This document shows positions 1 through 10,883 of a stretch of DNA of 64,000 nt, piece after piece. The DNA comes from an uncultured delta proteobacterium. Its GTDB lineage: Bacteria; Myxococcota; Kuafuiibacteriia; Kuafuiibacteriales; Kuafuiibacteriaceae. Positions within the stretch are counted from its first letter, which is position 1, and each line of letters begins with the position of its first letter. The stretch is taken from assembly GCA_963803435.1 (NCBI GenBank), contig CAWDML010000014.1, positions 256,157 to 320,156 on the forward strand. The letters are read 5' to 3'. Both the position numbers and the translations under genes were made by a program. The notes below the pieces were generated by a model. The model had not been told where the DNA came from and ran no database searches. It saw only the letters and a program-made list of their open reading frames with translations.

Positions 1-1
1 C

Positions 2-1873
2 GACGAGTCGGGCCGCGAGAAGGCGAGCGGTCGCTTCTCACCGTCGAAGCTCCCGGTCACGGAGCACAAGGAGATCGACGGCGACCGGTTCGACCGCCAC
101 GAGCTGAAGCTTCCGGTGCGCCTCGGTGCCGGCTATCACCGGCTGGTGCTCGAGACGCCGGACGGCGCCGAGGTCGGAACCACCCGGCTGATCGTCGCGC
201 CCAAGAGCTGCTACCTGCCGCAGCAGCTCAAGGGCGACCGCAAGCTCTGGGGCTTGGCCGTGCAGCTCTACTCGCTGCGCTCCGAGCGCAATTGGGGCAT
301 CGGCGACTTCGGGGACCTGAAGAACATGGGACCGATCTGCGCGAAGGCCGGCGTGAACATGATCGGCCTGAATCCTCTCCACGCGCTGTTCGGCTACGAG
401 CCCGATCGCTGCAGTCCGTACAGCCCCTCGACGCGCCTGTTCGTCAACCCGATCTACCTCGACGTCGAAGCGGTCGCGGGGTTCGCGAGCTCGAAGGCCG
501 CGAAGGCCAAGGTGGCCTCGCCGGAGTTCCAGGCTCGGTTGAAGGACCTCAGGGACAGCGAGCTCGTCGACTACGGCAAGGTCCACGCCGCCAAGATGGA
601 GGTCCTCGAGCTGGTCCATCAGTCGTTCGAGGATAGGGACGGCGCGTTCGCCAAGTGGGTGAAGGCGAAGGGAGAGCCCCTCGAGCGCTACGCCACCTTC
701 GAGGCGCTGCAGGAGCACTTCGCGCGCACGCAGCCGATGGCGCCCCACTGGGGCGGCTGGCCCAAGGAGTACCAAGATCCGACGTCGCCCGCGGTGAAAG
801 CGTTCGCGAAGGCGCACTCCGATCGCGTCCGCTTCCATCAGTTCCTCCAATGGCAGGCCGACGTGCAGCTGGCCGCGGCGCAGGGTGAGGCCAAGTCGGA
901 CGGGCTGGCGGTGGGCCTCTATCGTGATCTGGCCGTCGGCACCGATCGCTACGGTGCGGACACGTGGACCGCCAAGGACATCCACTCGCTGGAGGCCAGC
1001 GTCGGTGCGCCGCGCGACGGCGCCAACCCGCAGCCTCAGAACTGGGGCCTGCCGCCGGCGATCCCGGAGCAGATGAAGGCGTCGGGCTATCAGACGTTCA
1101 TCGACCAGCTCCGCGCCAACATGCAGCACGCGGGGGCGCTCCGGCTCGACCACGTCATGCAGCTGGCGCGGCTGTTCTGGCTCCCGCCCGACGCCGGCGA
1201 CGGCGCGTACGTCCACTATCCGCTCGACGATCTGCTCGCGATCGTCGCGCTGGAGAGCCAGCGCCACAAGTGTCTGGTCATCGGTGAGGATCTGGGGACG
1301 GTGCCGGAAGGCTTCTCGGAGAAGCTCCAGGCGGCCGGGATCTTCTCGTACAAGATCCTGTCGTTCGAGCGGGAGGCCGACGGCCTGCTGAAGCCGCCGT
1401 CGGAGTATCCGCGGAACGCCGCGGTGGGCGTCGCCACGCACGACCTGCCCACGCTCGCCGGGTACTGGCAGGGCTGGGACCTGGCCTGGCGCTTGAGCCT
1501 GCAGCAGTTCGGCATGCCGGACTACCGCCACGCGCTCGACGAGCGCCGGCACGATCGCGAGAACTTCGTCCGCTCGATGGAGCGCGAGGGCCTGCTGCCC
1601 CGCGGGTCGAAGCGGCTGACGAGAGACGAGGTGCTTCCGACCCAGGTGAGCGGGGCAGTGCACGACTACCTCGATCGGACGCCCTCGCGAATGATGATGG
1701 CGCAGCTCGAGGAGGTGTTCGGCTCGATCGAGCAGCCGAACCTCCCCGGCACCATCAACGAGCACCCCAACTGGCGGCGCAAGATGCCCGAGGGGATCGA
1801 GGGGCTTTCGGCGGATCCGCGCTTCGCGAAGTTCGCGGAGCGGTTGAGCGACCGCAACCCGAAGGCGCGCTGA
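2..1873 (+). CDS. malQ: 4-alpha-glucanotransferase (amylomaltase, GH77), 5' end outside window
   Basis: Frame open from base 2. GH77 motifs WGLAVQLYSLRSERNWGIGDFGDL, SPYSPSTR, LYRDLAVG, LRLDHV, IGEDLG, THDLPTL, PNLPGT. Confidence 0.95.
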   Translation, partial: DESGREKASGRFSPSKLPVTEHKEIDGDRFDRHELKLPVRLGAGYHRLVLETPDGAEVGTTRLIVAPKSCYLPQQLKGDRKLWGLAVQLYSLRSERNWGIGDFGDLKNMGPICAKAGVNMIGLNPLHALFGYEPDRCSPYSPSTRLFVNPIYLDVEAVAGFASSKAAKAKVASPEFQARLKDLRDSELVDYGKVHAAKMEVLELVHQSFEDRDGAFAKWVKAKGEPLERYATFEALQEHFARTQPMAPHWGGWPKEYQDPTSPAVKAFAKAHSDRVRFHQFLQWQADVQLAAAQGEAKSDGLAVGLYRDLAVGTDRYGADTWTAKDIHSLEASVGAPRDGANPQPQNWGLPPAIPEQMKASGYQTFIDQLRANMQHAGALRLDHVMQLARLFWLPPDAGDGAYVHYPLDDLLAIVALESQRHKCLVIGEDLGTVPEGFSEKLQAAGIFSYKILSFEREADGLLKPPSEYPRNAAVGVATHDLPTLAGYWQGWDLAWRLSLQQFGMPDYRHALDERRHDRENFVRSMEREGLLPRGSKRLTRDEVLPTQVSGAVHDYLDRTPSRMMMAQLEEVFGSIEQPNLPGTINEHPNWRRKMPEGIEGLSADPRFAKFAERLSDRNPKAR

Positions 1874-1916
1874 TCCGACATCGAGCCTATGGGAGGCGCC
1901 CACTCGGTGCGCCATC

Positions 1917-4148
1917 GTGACCCGGTGCGGCGGATTCTGGCTGCTCGCCTTCGTCGCCTGTGCGCCCGAGCCGGCGCACCCGGATCCTTCTCTCCCGGCG
2001 AGGCTGGCCGGGTCGCGTCCGGTCCCGCCGGAGCAGTACGACTGCGTGACGCGCGAGCGCCCCGCCGAGTGGGGCGCGGCCATCGAGGGCGATCGTCTGA
2101 CGGTGCGCGTCCGCTCCCGCGCGGCAACCCGGATCGAGGTGGAGCTCTACGACGCCCCGCGCTTCGCGCCGCCGCGGATGACGCGCGTGCTGGAGCAGGA
2201 CGGCGATCGGTTCTCCGTCTCGCTCGCGCTCGACGAGGTCCCGATCGACGCCACGATCTACTACGGTCTCCGCGCCTGGGGTCCGAACTGGCCCCACGTG
2301 GAGGGCTTCGAGCCCGGCACGACGGCCGGGTTCCGGTCGCACGTCGACGCCCTGGGCAACCGCTTCAACCCGAACAAGCTCCTGATCGATCCGTACGCGC
2401 GCGAGCTGAGCCAGGATCCGCTCGACGCCGAATGGGACGACCCCTCCGCGTATCTCTCGGGAGACGAGGACCTCGCGATCGACTCTGGGCCGATCGCACC
2501 CAAGGGAATCGTGCTCCCTGAGCGGCCGATCCCCTGCTGGAACCGGCCCCAGGGTTCGTTCTCCGACATGATCGTCTACGAGGTCCATCTCCGGGGGCTC
2601 ACCATGAACGATCCGACCGTGCCGGAGGCGTACCGCGGTACCTATCGGGGCGCGGCCGAAAAGGCCGAGTACCTGGCGGGGCTCGGCGTCACGGCCATCG
2701 AGCTCCTGCCCCTCTTCGAGACGCAGAACGACCACAACGATCTCGACGCGAGCGCTCGGGGCGACAACTACTGGGGGTACTCGAGCCTCAGCTTCTTCGC
2801 GCCGGATCGGCGCTACGCGTTCGATCGCTCGCCCGGCGGTCCGACGCGCGAGCTCCAGGCGATGGTGCGCGCGTTCCACCGCGCCGGGATCGAGGTCTGG
2901 GTCGACGTCGTCTACAACCACACCGCCGAGGGCGAGATCTCGGCGGACGGGACCACCGGACCGGTCCTCTCCTGGCGCGGCCTCGACAACGCCGCCTACT
3001 ACGAGCTCGGTGCGAACGCGCGCGTCTACGCCGACCACAACGGGGTCAGCGCCAACATCAACGCGACCGATCCGCTCGTCCGCGACCTCGTCATCGACTC
3101 GCTGACCTACCAGCACCGGGTGCTCGGGATCGACGGCTTCCGCTTCGACCTGGCCCCGCTGCTCGGCAACGGCTGCAAGACGGCCTGCTTCCGCTTCGAG
3201 CCCGACGATCCGGACGGCATCCTGATGCGGGCGACGGGGCTGGGCGTGCGGCTGGTGGCGGAGCCCTGGGGGATCGGCGAGGGCACCTACCAGCTCGGCC
3301 GCTTTCCTGCCGGCTGGGCCGAGTGGAACGGCGTCACCAAGGACGTCATCCGCAAGGATCAGAACGTCGACACCGAGCGGATCGCGCCGGCTGAGCTGGT
3401 GCGCCGGCTCTCGGGCTCACCCGATCTCTTCGGCGCCGGGCGTGGCGCGAGCGCGTCGATCAACTACGTCGCCTGCCACGACGGGTTCACGCTGCGGGAC
3501 GTCTACGCCTACGACTCGAAGGCGAACCAGCAGCCGTGGCCGTACGGTCCATCGCCTGGCGGTGACGACGAGAACTGGTCGTGGGATCACGACGGCGACG
3601 CCGCGGCGCAACGACAGGCCGCCCGCACTGGCCTGGCCCTGGTGATGCTGGCCGCCGGGATCCCGATGATCACCGGCGGCGACGAGATGTACCGGACCCA
3701 GTACGGCAACAACAACCCGTTCAACCTCGACACCGACGCCAACTGGCTCGACTGGAGCGAGGCCGAGCGTCACCCCGAGCACCTCGAGTTCACGCGCGCG
3801 CTGATCGGCCTACGCCGCGCACAGCCCGACCTCAGCTCGAGCGCTCCGCTCGTCTATACCCCCGAGGGCGTCCTCGCCGACACGGAGTACCTCTCGAACA
3901 CCACCCGTCACTATTTGGGGCTGCGCCGCGGCCCGACCTTCGTGGCCTACAACGGCGCCGCAACACCCGAGCCCGCCCTCCTCCCCGATCCCGGGAGCGG
4001 CCGCGTGTGGAGGATGGTCGTCGACACCTCCGCCGCGTTCGAGCCGATCGCGAATCACCGGGCGATGGCGGAGGCCGAGCCGCTCATCGATCGGCGCTAC
4101 TCGATGGCGTCGCGGAGCCTGTCGCTGTTCATCGCCGGCGATCCGTGA
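1917..4148 (+). CDS. Isoamylase/glycogen debranching enzyme (GH13), predicted lipoprotein
   Basis: NPNKLLIDPYA, VYEVHLRGLT, NYWGYS, DVVYNHT, DGFRFDLA, AEPW, CHDGFTL; N-terminal hydrophobic stretch ending FVAC (lipobox-like). Confidence 0.9.
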   Translation: MTRCGGFWLLAFVACAPEPAHPDPSLPARLAGSRPVPPEQYDCVTRERPAEWGAAIEGDRLTVRVRSRAATRIEVELYDAPRFAPPRMTRVLEQDGDRFSVSLALDEVPIDATIYYGLRAWGPNWPHVEGFEPGTTAGFRSHVDALGNRFNPNKLLIDPYARELSQDPLDAEWDDPSAYLSGDEDLAIDSGPIAPKGIVLPERPIPCWNRPQGSFSDMIVYEVHLRGLTMNDPTVPEAYRGTYRGAAEKAEYLAGLGVTAIELLPLFETQNDHNDLDASARGDNYWGYSSLSFFAPDRRYAFDRSPGGPTRELQAMVRAFHRAGIEVWVDVVYNHTAEGEISADGTTGPVLSWRGLDNAAYYELGANARVYADHNGVSANINATDPLVRDLVIDSLTYQHRVLGIDGFRFDLAPLLGNGCKTACFRFEPDDPDGILMRATGLGVRLVAEPWGIGEGTYQLGRFPAGWAEWNGVTKDVIRKDQNVDTERIAPAELVRRLSGSPDLFGAGRGASASINYVACHDGFTLRDVYAYDSKANQQPWPYGPSPGGDDENWSWDHDGDAAAQRQAARTGLALVMLAAGIPMITGGDEMYRTQYGNNNPFNLDTDANWLDWSEAERHPEHLEFTRALIGLRRAQPDLSSSAPLVYTPEGVLADTEYLSNTTRHYLGLRRGPTFVAYNGAATPEPALLPDPGSGRVWRMVVDTSAAFEPIANHRAMAEAEPLIDRRYSMASRSLSLFIAGDP

Positions 4149-4149
4149 G

Positions 4150-7100
4150 CTATTCATCCGAGCGCTCGGTCGGCGCTCCGTTTCGCTTCGCTTCCCCGCG
4201 CCCTCGCTGGAATTCGAAACGCTCCGGCCCCACCTCGGTCATCGATCCGTGCTCGAAGCGCTGCGTCCGCCTGCCGTCGACGAGGACCTCGTCAGCGACG
4301 GGAAAGCCGAGGGCGCGCCCGGCACAGCGCCCGTCCTCGGAGCGATCGCTGTAGGCGCGCCAGAAGTCACCACGGATCACGAAGGCGGCGTCGCTCCCGT
4401 CCCGGTGCACCACGACGCACGCTCCGCCGTAGGACGGGTCGCCGCCCCAGTCGAAGTTCTGGAGCGTGACACCGAGATCGCGGCCATCCTCGAACCAGCG
4501 ATGTGCGAGGCGCGCCTCGATCTCCCCCTGGTCCGGATAGTAGCTCGCAGGATAGCCGATGCCCTTCGGCCCGCCGTGGCGTCCGACCGCGGTACGGATC
4601 GCTTGATCGACCCAGACGTGGTGGCCGTCGCTGGCCAGGCCGATGCGGTCGGTCTCGTCGACGCGGACGCCGTTGACCCGGACCTCCGGCGTGACGTCCC
4701 GCGGGTGGGGCTGCGACGGGTGGTGCGGGTCCGGGTTGGTGGGTGCGAACGCGCGCCGCATCGAGGTCGCTCCGATCCGGCGCGTGAGGCTGAGCGGGCG
4801 CCCTTCGACCGTGCACTCCATGGTCGCGAAGCGCTCGACGAGCGCGCCGTTCGACTCGAGCGCCGGCAGCGGAATGTTCTCGCGCCCCGAGCGATCGGGC
4901 GAGAGATCGAGAGAGAGGACGGTCTTCGACGCGCCCTCCGCGCGATCCTCCACGCTGACGCGGACGTTCTTCACGTCGACCGCGCCGTCGCCGTAGAACG
5001 GCTGGAGCAGCCGCGTCGCGTACGGAGACCAGCCGTACGGCCCTTGCTCGGGGGTCTCGAAGCCGATGCCGGCCAGCTCGAGCAGCCCGGCCAGCCGATC
5101 GTCCTGCTCCGCCTTGGCGGGATCGCCGAGCGCCGCCGCACGCTCCCGGATCTGCTGTCCGAGCGGAAGGCCCAGGTCCACCTCTTCGAAGCGGCCGGCC
5201 AGACGGCGCGCCAGCGCCTGTGCCTTTGCCTGCTTCGGGTCGGCGTCCCGCGCCTCGAGTCGAAGCTCGAGGCCCTCGCGGATGGAGGTTCGCGGGAGTG
5301 TAACCAGGTTCGTGCGCGTCTCGTGGTCGTACCGGATCGAGGCGCCGTCCAGCGCCTCGAGGCGCCGTCCGTTCACCTCGACCCCGGTCGCCGGCTCGGT
5401 CTCGGGGAGCTCGAAGCGAAACTCGCGCGTCTCCGGCTGTCCCTCGAAGCTGCCCACGGCCGGCGCGACCTCGAGCGTGATCGTATCGCCGTCGCGGCGG
5501 TAGCTCATCTTCGTGCTGGCGAATCCGCCCTCGCGATAGGCCTGGGTGAGGCGGTCGTCCTCGTGAAGGACGGACTCGCCCCGGGCGCCGTCCTTGCCCG
5601 GGTAGGCGCGGACGACCAGCGTGTGGACTTGCTCCGAGCCCATGTGCATCGACACGGGCTGCGTCGCGATCGGAACGCCGCCCTTCGCGAAGGCCGGCAC
5701 CTCGTTCAGGTCGCCCGAGACCAGCGACCGGCTGTCCCCGTCAAACCGCTCGCCGGTGAGCAGGTGGTACCAACGTCCCTCTGGGAACCAGACCGGAGCG
5801 GACGCGACCTTGTTCGGCCCGCGGCCGTCGCGGACGATCGGCGACACCACCACGCTGTCGCCCAGCATGTACTGCTGCGCGTTCGCGTGGGCCTGCCGCT
5901 GGTTGGGATACCTGAGGTACATCGGCTGGATCGGGGGCATCGCGTCGCGGTGGCAGGTCCAGACCTGCGAATAGATGTACGGGAAGAGTTGCGACCGCAG
6001 GTGATAGGCGCGGCGGGTCGCCTCGGTGCACTGGTCGCCGTAGAGCCACGGCCGCGGATCGCCGTCCGAGTGCGGAACCGGATCGTGTCCAGCGAGCGCG
6101 TCGTTGTTGAATCCGTGGATCCGGAGACAGGTCGAGAGCGCGCCGAACCAGGTCCAGCGCGCGAACAGCTGCGGCTCCTTCTCGTGCAGGAGCCCGCCGA
6201 TGTCGTGCGACCAGAACGCCGCCAGCACGTTTGCGGACGCGATCGTCATCCGGACCTGCGCCGCCAGGATCGGGAACTGGACGAAGGTGTCGCCCGAGAA
6301 CTGCATCGGGTAGCGGTGTGAGCCGAGCAGGCCGTGCGGATCACCGGGCCCGGCGCCGGGCTGGGGTCCCTCGAAGCGCGCCAGCAGCGCGCCGCGCGGC
6401 CGCTCGTTTGCCGGACGCGGATCGTTCGAGGCGGCGGCCACGTTGAGCCCGGTCGACTGGTGATAGAGCAGGTGGGCGAGCAGAGCGCCGGTGGGCAGCC
6501 CCTCGATGGCGGTGTGCTCGGGCGGGCCGCGGATCTCTTTGCCCTGGGTGGGCTGGTAGTCGAGCCACCAGGTGTCGACGCCGTCCTCTCGGAGGGGCGT
6601 GAGCACGTGCTCGATCCAGGGTCCGACGTAGCGCGGATCCGTGAGGTCGGCCGTGACCGTGTCGCCAGGGTGATCGTCGAGATAGCCGTTGTCGCGGAGC
6701 GCCTGCATGAGCGGCTCGTAGCCACGCTCGCCGCGGGCCACGCCCGGGTAGGGGTGCAGGTTCAGGGCGGTGACCAGGCTCCGGTCGTGAAGGAAGTCGG
6801 TCAGGCCCTTCGGATCCGGAATCAGCGACTCGTTCCAGCTCCAGCGCGACCACGGGTACGCCGGGTTGATCGGGGCCAGCGCGTCCATGTCGAAGACGAG
6901 GGCGTCGAGCGGATATCCGTGCGCGAGGTAGGACTCCGCGCGCTCGCGATACTGCGCGTCGGTGAGCGGCTGCCACCACGAGTCGATCGCGCCGAGCATC
7001 GGTCCCCTCGGCATCGGCGTCGGACATCCGATCTGCGCCAGGCCGCGCAGCGCGGCCGGATAGTCCCGTCCGTACCCGAACAGGTAGAGATCGGTGCCCT

Positions 7101-7830
7101 GCTCGTCCGCAGTGCGCCGCCTGGGGAAGCCGTCCCGGAAGATCGGTCCCCTCGAGTCGTCGTAGCAGAAGAAGCCTTGCTTCGAGACGACCCCGTTGTC
7201 GAGCTGGAGCCCGCCATGGTGATCCTTCTCCTGGCCGACGCCGTGGAGATCCTGCGTCCGGAAACCGCCGCCCAGGTTGTTGCGATCTTCGTTCGGCTTG
7301 CTCGGATCCCAGCGCCAGCGTCGATAGGTCGCCGTCCTCGACGCTCCCGGCGAGCTGCGGACCTCGAGATTTCCAGCGTGGAGCGGCTTGCCGTCGGGAG
7401 CGAACGTCAACCGCATCGCGCCCGTATCGACCACCGTCCTGCCGTCGAGCTCCATGATCCGACACTCGAGACCGGCCGACGTCGCGCCGCGGTTCATCGC
7501 GAAGTACGTGGGATCGTCGACAAAGACCTGGCCCGGTCCGATCTCCTCGATACGCAGGAGCTCCCGCGTGATCGGCGTGATGCGCAGCGAACGATCTCCG
7601 TTCTTCCGGACGATCGGCGCGCCGTCCCAGCGCGACCCCAGGCTCGAGTCGACCACACCCCCCTGCGTCCGGGTGGGGTTGACGAAGGCCGGTGGCCGCC
7701 CGCGCACCCGGACGAAGGCGCCGGCGCCGCCGTCCGCAGGCCGCGCGCCGCCCGCGTCGGCGGGTCGCAGGGTGTCGTCGACCGCGATCCGGCGGCCGGT
7801 ACCCGAGAGGTTGGTGAGCCGCTCCCCCAT
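4150..7830 (-). CDS. GH31 alpha-glucosidase-like enzyme with C-terminal LGFP-like repeats
   Basis: PLDALVFDMD, LNLHP, GVDTWWLDY (nucleophile), FSGDT (acid/base), WSHDIGG, QYMLGD; C-terminal IGYP and LGFPVADE...QRFEHG. Start at 7830 or 7848. Confidence 0.85.
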   Translation of the reverse strand: MGERLTNLSGTGRRIAVDDTLRPADAGGARPADGGAGAFVRVRGRPPAFVNPTRTQGGVVDSSLGSRWDGAPIVRKNGDRSLRITPITRELLRIEEIGPGQVFVDDPTYFAMNRGATSAGLECRIMELDGRTVVDTGAMRLTFAPDGKPLHAGNLEVRSSPGASRTATYRRWRWDPSKPNEDRNNLGGGFRTQDLHGVGQEKDHHGGLQLDNGVVSKQGFFCYDDSRGPIFRDGFPRRRTADEQGTDLYLFGYGRDYPAALRGLAQIGCPTPMPRGPMLGAIDSWWQPLTDAQYRERAESYLAHGYPLDALVFDMDALAPINPAYPWSRWSWNESLIPDPKGLTDFLHDRSLVTALNLHPYPGVARGERGYEPLMQALRDNGYLDDHPGDTVTADLTDPRYVGPWIEHVLTPLREDGVDTWWLDYQPTQGKEIRGPPEHTAIEGLPTGALLAHLLYHQSTGLNVAAASNDPRPANERPRGALLARFEGPQPGAGPGDPHGLLGSHRYPMQFSGDTFVQFPILAAQVRMTIASANVLAAFWSHDIGGLLHEKEPQLFARWTWFGALSTCLRIHGFNNDALAGHDPVPHSDGDPRPWLYGDQCTEATRRAYHLRSQLFPYIYSQVWTCHRDAMPPIQPMYLRYPNQRQAHANAQQYMLGDSVVVSPIVRDGRGPNKVASAPVWFPEGRWYHLLTGERFDGDSRSLVSGDLNEVPAFAKGGVPIATQPVSMHMGSEQVHTLVVRAYPGKDGARGESVLHEDDRLTQAYREGGFASTKMSYRRDGDTITLEVAPAVGSFEGQPETREFRFELPETEPATGVEVNGRRLEALDGASIRYDHETRTNLVTLPRTSIREGLELRLEARDADPKQAKAQALARRLAGRFEEVDLGLPLGQQIRERAAALGDPAKAEQDDRLAGLLELAGIGFETPEQGPYGWSPYATRLLQPFYGDGAVDVKNVRVSVEDRAEGASKTVLSLDLSPDRSGRENIPLPALESNGALVERFATMECTVEGRPLSLTRRIGATSMRRAFAPTNPDPHHPSQPHPRDVTPEVRVNGVRVDETDRIGLASDGHHVWVDQAIRTAVGRHGGPKGIGYPASYYPDQGEIEARLAHRWFEDGRDLGVTLQNFDWGGDPSYGGACVVVHRDGSDAAFVIRGDFWRAYSDRSEDGRCAGRALGFPVADEVLVDGRRTQRFEHGSMTEVGPERFEFQRGRGEAKRNGAPTERSDE

Positions 7831-8022
7831 CGATCGTCTGTGGAGCATGATCGGACCGACGGCCGCCCGAGTTGCCTCCGGTCGCGACCCCGCTTAAATG
7901 TGGCATATAAACCTTCATTGTCGGGGGGCGTGCCGCATAAGCCCGTCTGTAGACTTGGGATTTTGCCGCGGGTAAGTCGATTCAACACACCAAACCACCC
8001 GGAGGCGACGATAAAGCCCCCG

Positions 8023-10880
8023 ATGGTCAGGACAGCTCGCCAGGAAGGCACTCCCCGTCGTCATCTCGAAGTGGTCGCCGACGAGACCCCCGCGATCGCG
8101 CGTCGGACGCGAAACGCGGAGCGAACGAGAGACCGAGAGTGGAAGAGCATCGCCTCCGCCCTCGACCACTTCGGCCCCCTGCTGAACTGGGACGCGCCCA
8201 GCCGAGTCACCCACTTCGAGGCCGACAACACCCAGTACGGTCGCGTGATCATGCCGTGGCGCGGCGACGGTACCGACACGATCGGCTTCTCCGCCAAGGT
8301 CGACCTCGGGGGCCAGGCCGTCAAGATTCGCCAGCTGCGGCTGATGGCGGACGCCGTGAGGCTGGGCGCCGAGAAGGTCGCCGGCTCGGCAGCGAGCCAG
8401 GCCTCGCAGCTCGGCGCTGAGCTCGGCCGGCTGCCCTCGGGCGGCGCGATCATGGCGGTCCTCGCCTCCGTCGCCCCGCTGATCGCGCGCTCCGACGCGA
8501 ACGCGACACCGGAGCTCGCGCCCCTCGCCGACGCGGCGTCACGCGGCGTGAAGATGGTGCTCGGCCCGCGGTCGAGCAAGGCGAAGCTCGCCACCGAGCT
8601 GGACCGGACCGCCGCCGCTCTCACCCGCGCCGCCGACGAGGCGGAGGTTGGAGCCCCGCCGGTGAAGCTGTTCAGCAACATCCATGCGACCGGCGCGGAT
8701 CAGTTCCTCGGCGACATCGACATGAAGCCGGTCGGACATCTGCAGGGCGACGAGCTCGCCTACCGCGCCGACGGCATCGCCATCCCGCAGGTCATGAACT
8801 ATCGCGCGACCGTCGGTATGTCCGATGACGGCGGCAAGAGCTGGCGCGTCGGCGGCCAGGCGCTCGCCGAGGGCTACTACCCGCAGATCGACGACAAGCA
8901 GATGAAGAGCCATGACGTGCGCTTCCGGCCGCAGCCGATCCAGTGGGAGGCGATCAACGCCATCCAGATGATGGTCGGCCAGGCCAACGCGCCCTTCATC
9001 GGTGTGGACGGGATCCCGGGCAAGCACGAGGCCCGCTGGCCCAAGATCGACTGGAGCAAGGATCCGGTTCCGCAAGTCCCGGTCTCCACGCTCGACGATC
9101 TGCTCGACGACGGCGCCTACGGTATCAAGCACTACGCCGAGATGGGCGCCAACGTCATGTACATCGAGGATCTGCTGCACCTGATCCCGTGGGAGGGACG
9201 CGAACGCCACGAAATGCTCGGCAGCCCCTTCGCGACCGCCTCCTATCACATGATCGACCCGCGAAAGACCCGCGAGGGACGGAAGATCCTGAGAGAGCGT
9301 CCCGACGACATCACGGCGCTGCGGCAGGCCGGCGAGAAGGCCCTCGCCCGCGTGGTCAAGGCAGCCGAGCGTCACGGCATCAAGCTGATGATGGGTCTGG
9401 CCCCCAACCACACCGGGCACAAGTATCTCCAGTTCGACGTCGTGAAGAAGCAGCGCGCGGACGGTCGTGTGACACTGCAGCTGAAGCGCAACTACTACGA
9501 CGGCCTCTTCGCCTCGGTCGAGCGGCACATCAACGAGATGATCAAGGATCCGGCCGAGAAGCAGCGGATGCTGGATCAGCTCGAGGATCGGCGAAAGTTC
9601 ACCGCGGCGGCCCTCGCGGACAAGCAGCGCGAGAAGACGATGCAACAGGTCTACCCCTGGATGTACTCGTCTGCCGACTCGAACAACCTGGCCGGCGCCA
9701 ACAGCCCGTCGGAGATCATCTCGGACGGCGATGTCGTTCAGCCGTGGAAGGACATCGACAAGCTGCTCGGCGCCTTCGCCAGCGAGGAGAAATTCAACCT
9801 CGACTCTCCCTGGATTCCGCGCCAAGGAGGAGTGGCTCGCCGGAGCGCTGGCATACTGGGCCTCGAAGGGCATCACGATGTTCCGCCTCGACGCGGGCGG
9901 CCGCCAGCTCGACCGCTTCCACGACGAGACGCTGAACATCGCGCAACGGATGTCGGACGAGGCTCGCGGTCACCACGAGCCGCTCTACTACCTGATTGAG
10001 GATCACGATCGGCAATACCTCACCACCAAGACCGAGGATGCGGTCCAGTCCGAAGGCTGGCTCGCCCGCGCGGTCCCAGCCTTCAAGACCGGCAACCACC
10101 GCGACAACCAGCCGACGCCGGACTACGACGTCAACGGGCTGTGGGACCTCCTGTACTCGCCGGGCTTCAACCAGTGGATCCAGGCCGACAACCACGACAA
10201 CTGGCGTTGCCTCGATCAGTTCAACGGCGACCTCAGCGCCATGCAGCAGTACATCTGCACGATGCAGCTGCTGGGCGGCCCGTTCTCGCTGTTCATGGGC
10301 ACCGACGTGGGCGCCGATCAGTGGACCAAGCACACGTTCCAGCAGGGCGGCGGGATCGAGGAGATCGAGCAGTACCTGTCCGGGATTCCTCCCCGAAGAG
10401 AAGATGAACCTGAAGGAGTGGATCGCCACCTCGGGCCAGCTGAAGACGACTGTCCCCGCGCTCCAGACGAAGCGGCGCGAGCGGATGTATTGTACGCAGC
10501 CCGATAACGATCCGAAGATCATCGCGGCCGCGCGGCACTCGTACGACTTCTCGGACAACCCGGTGATGGTCTTCGCGAACGTCCTCCCGCACACGTACCA
10601 GGGGGGCACGTTCGCGCTCGACGCGGAGACGAAGGCGTGGGTCACCGAGCGCCAGGAGAAGGCCGCGGCCAGCCGCCGGACGGCGCGCTTCATGGTGCGA
10701 AACCTCTTCTCGAAGGAGCCCACCAAGCCCGTCTGGACCTCGCAGACCGGCAAGCCGGCCCCAAAGACCGCGCAGCAGCTCCTCGAGCACGGAATCGACG
10801 TCTACGTCGACGCCCGCGCCACCCAGGCCCTGGAGCTGTACGAGGTCGATCGCTACGGCCGCGAGATCAAGAGCAAGTAA
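8023..10880 (+). CDS. Alpha-amylase family (GH13) protein, split by two apparent +1 frameshifts (~9814, ~10386)
   Basis: GH13 regions run across three consecutive frames: GIKLMMGLAPNH, MFRLDAG, LIED, DNHD. Removing one T at each GATTC restores one ORF of about 950 aa. Confidence 0.75.
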
Positions 10881-10883
10881 GGA

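Noticed and set aside
7850-8020. Sigma54 or sigma28 promoters between GH31 and GH13
   Set aside because: TGGCA lacks a correctly spaced TTGC. CGAT cores are present but the -35 matches are too weak to call.
6334-8022. N-terminal part of the 1221-aa plus-strand ORF
   Set aside because: Antisense to the GH31 gene and crosses the AT-richer intergenic region; coding signal begins at ATG 8023.
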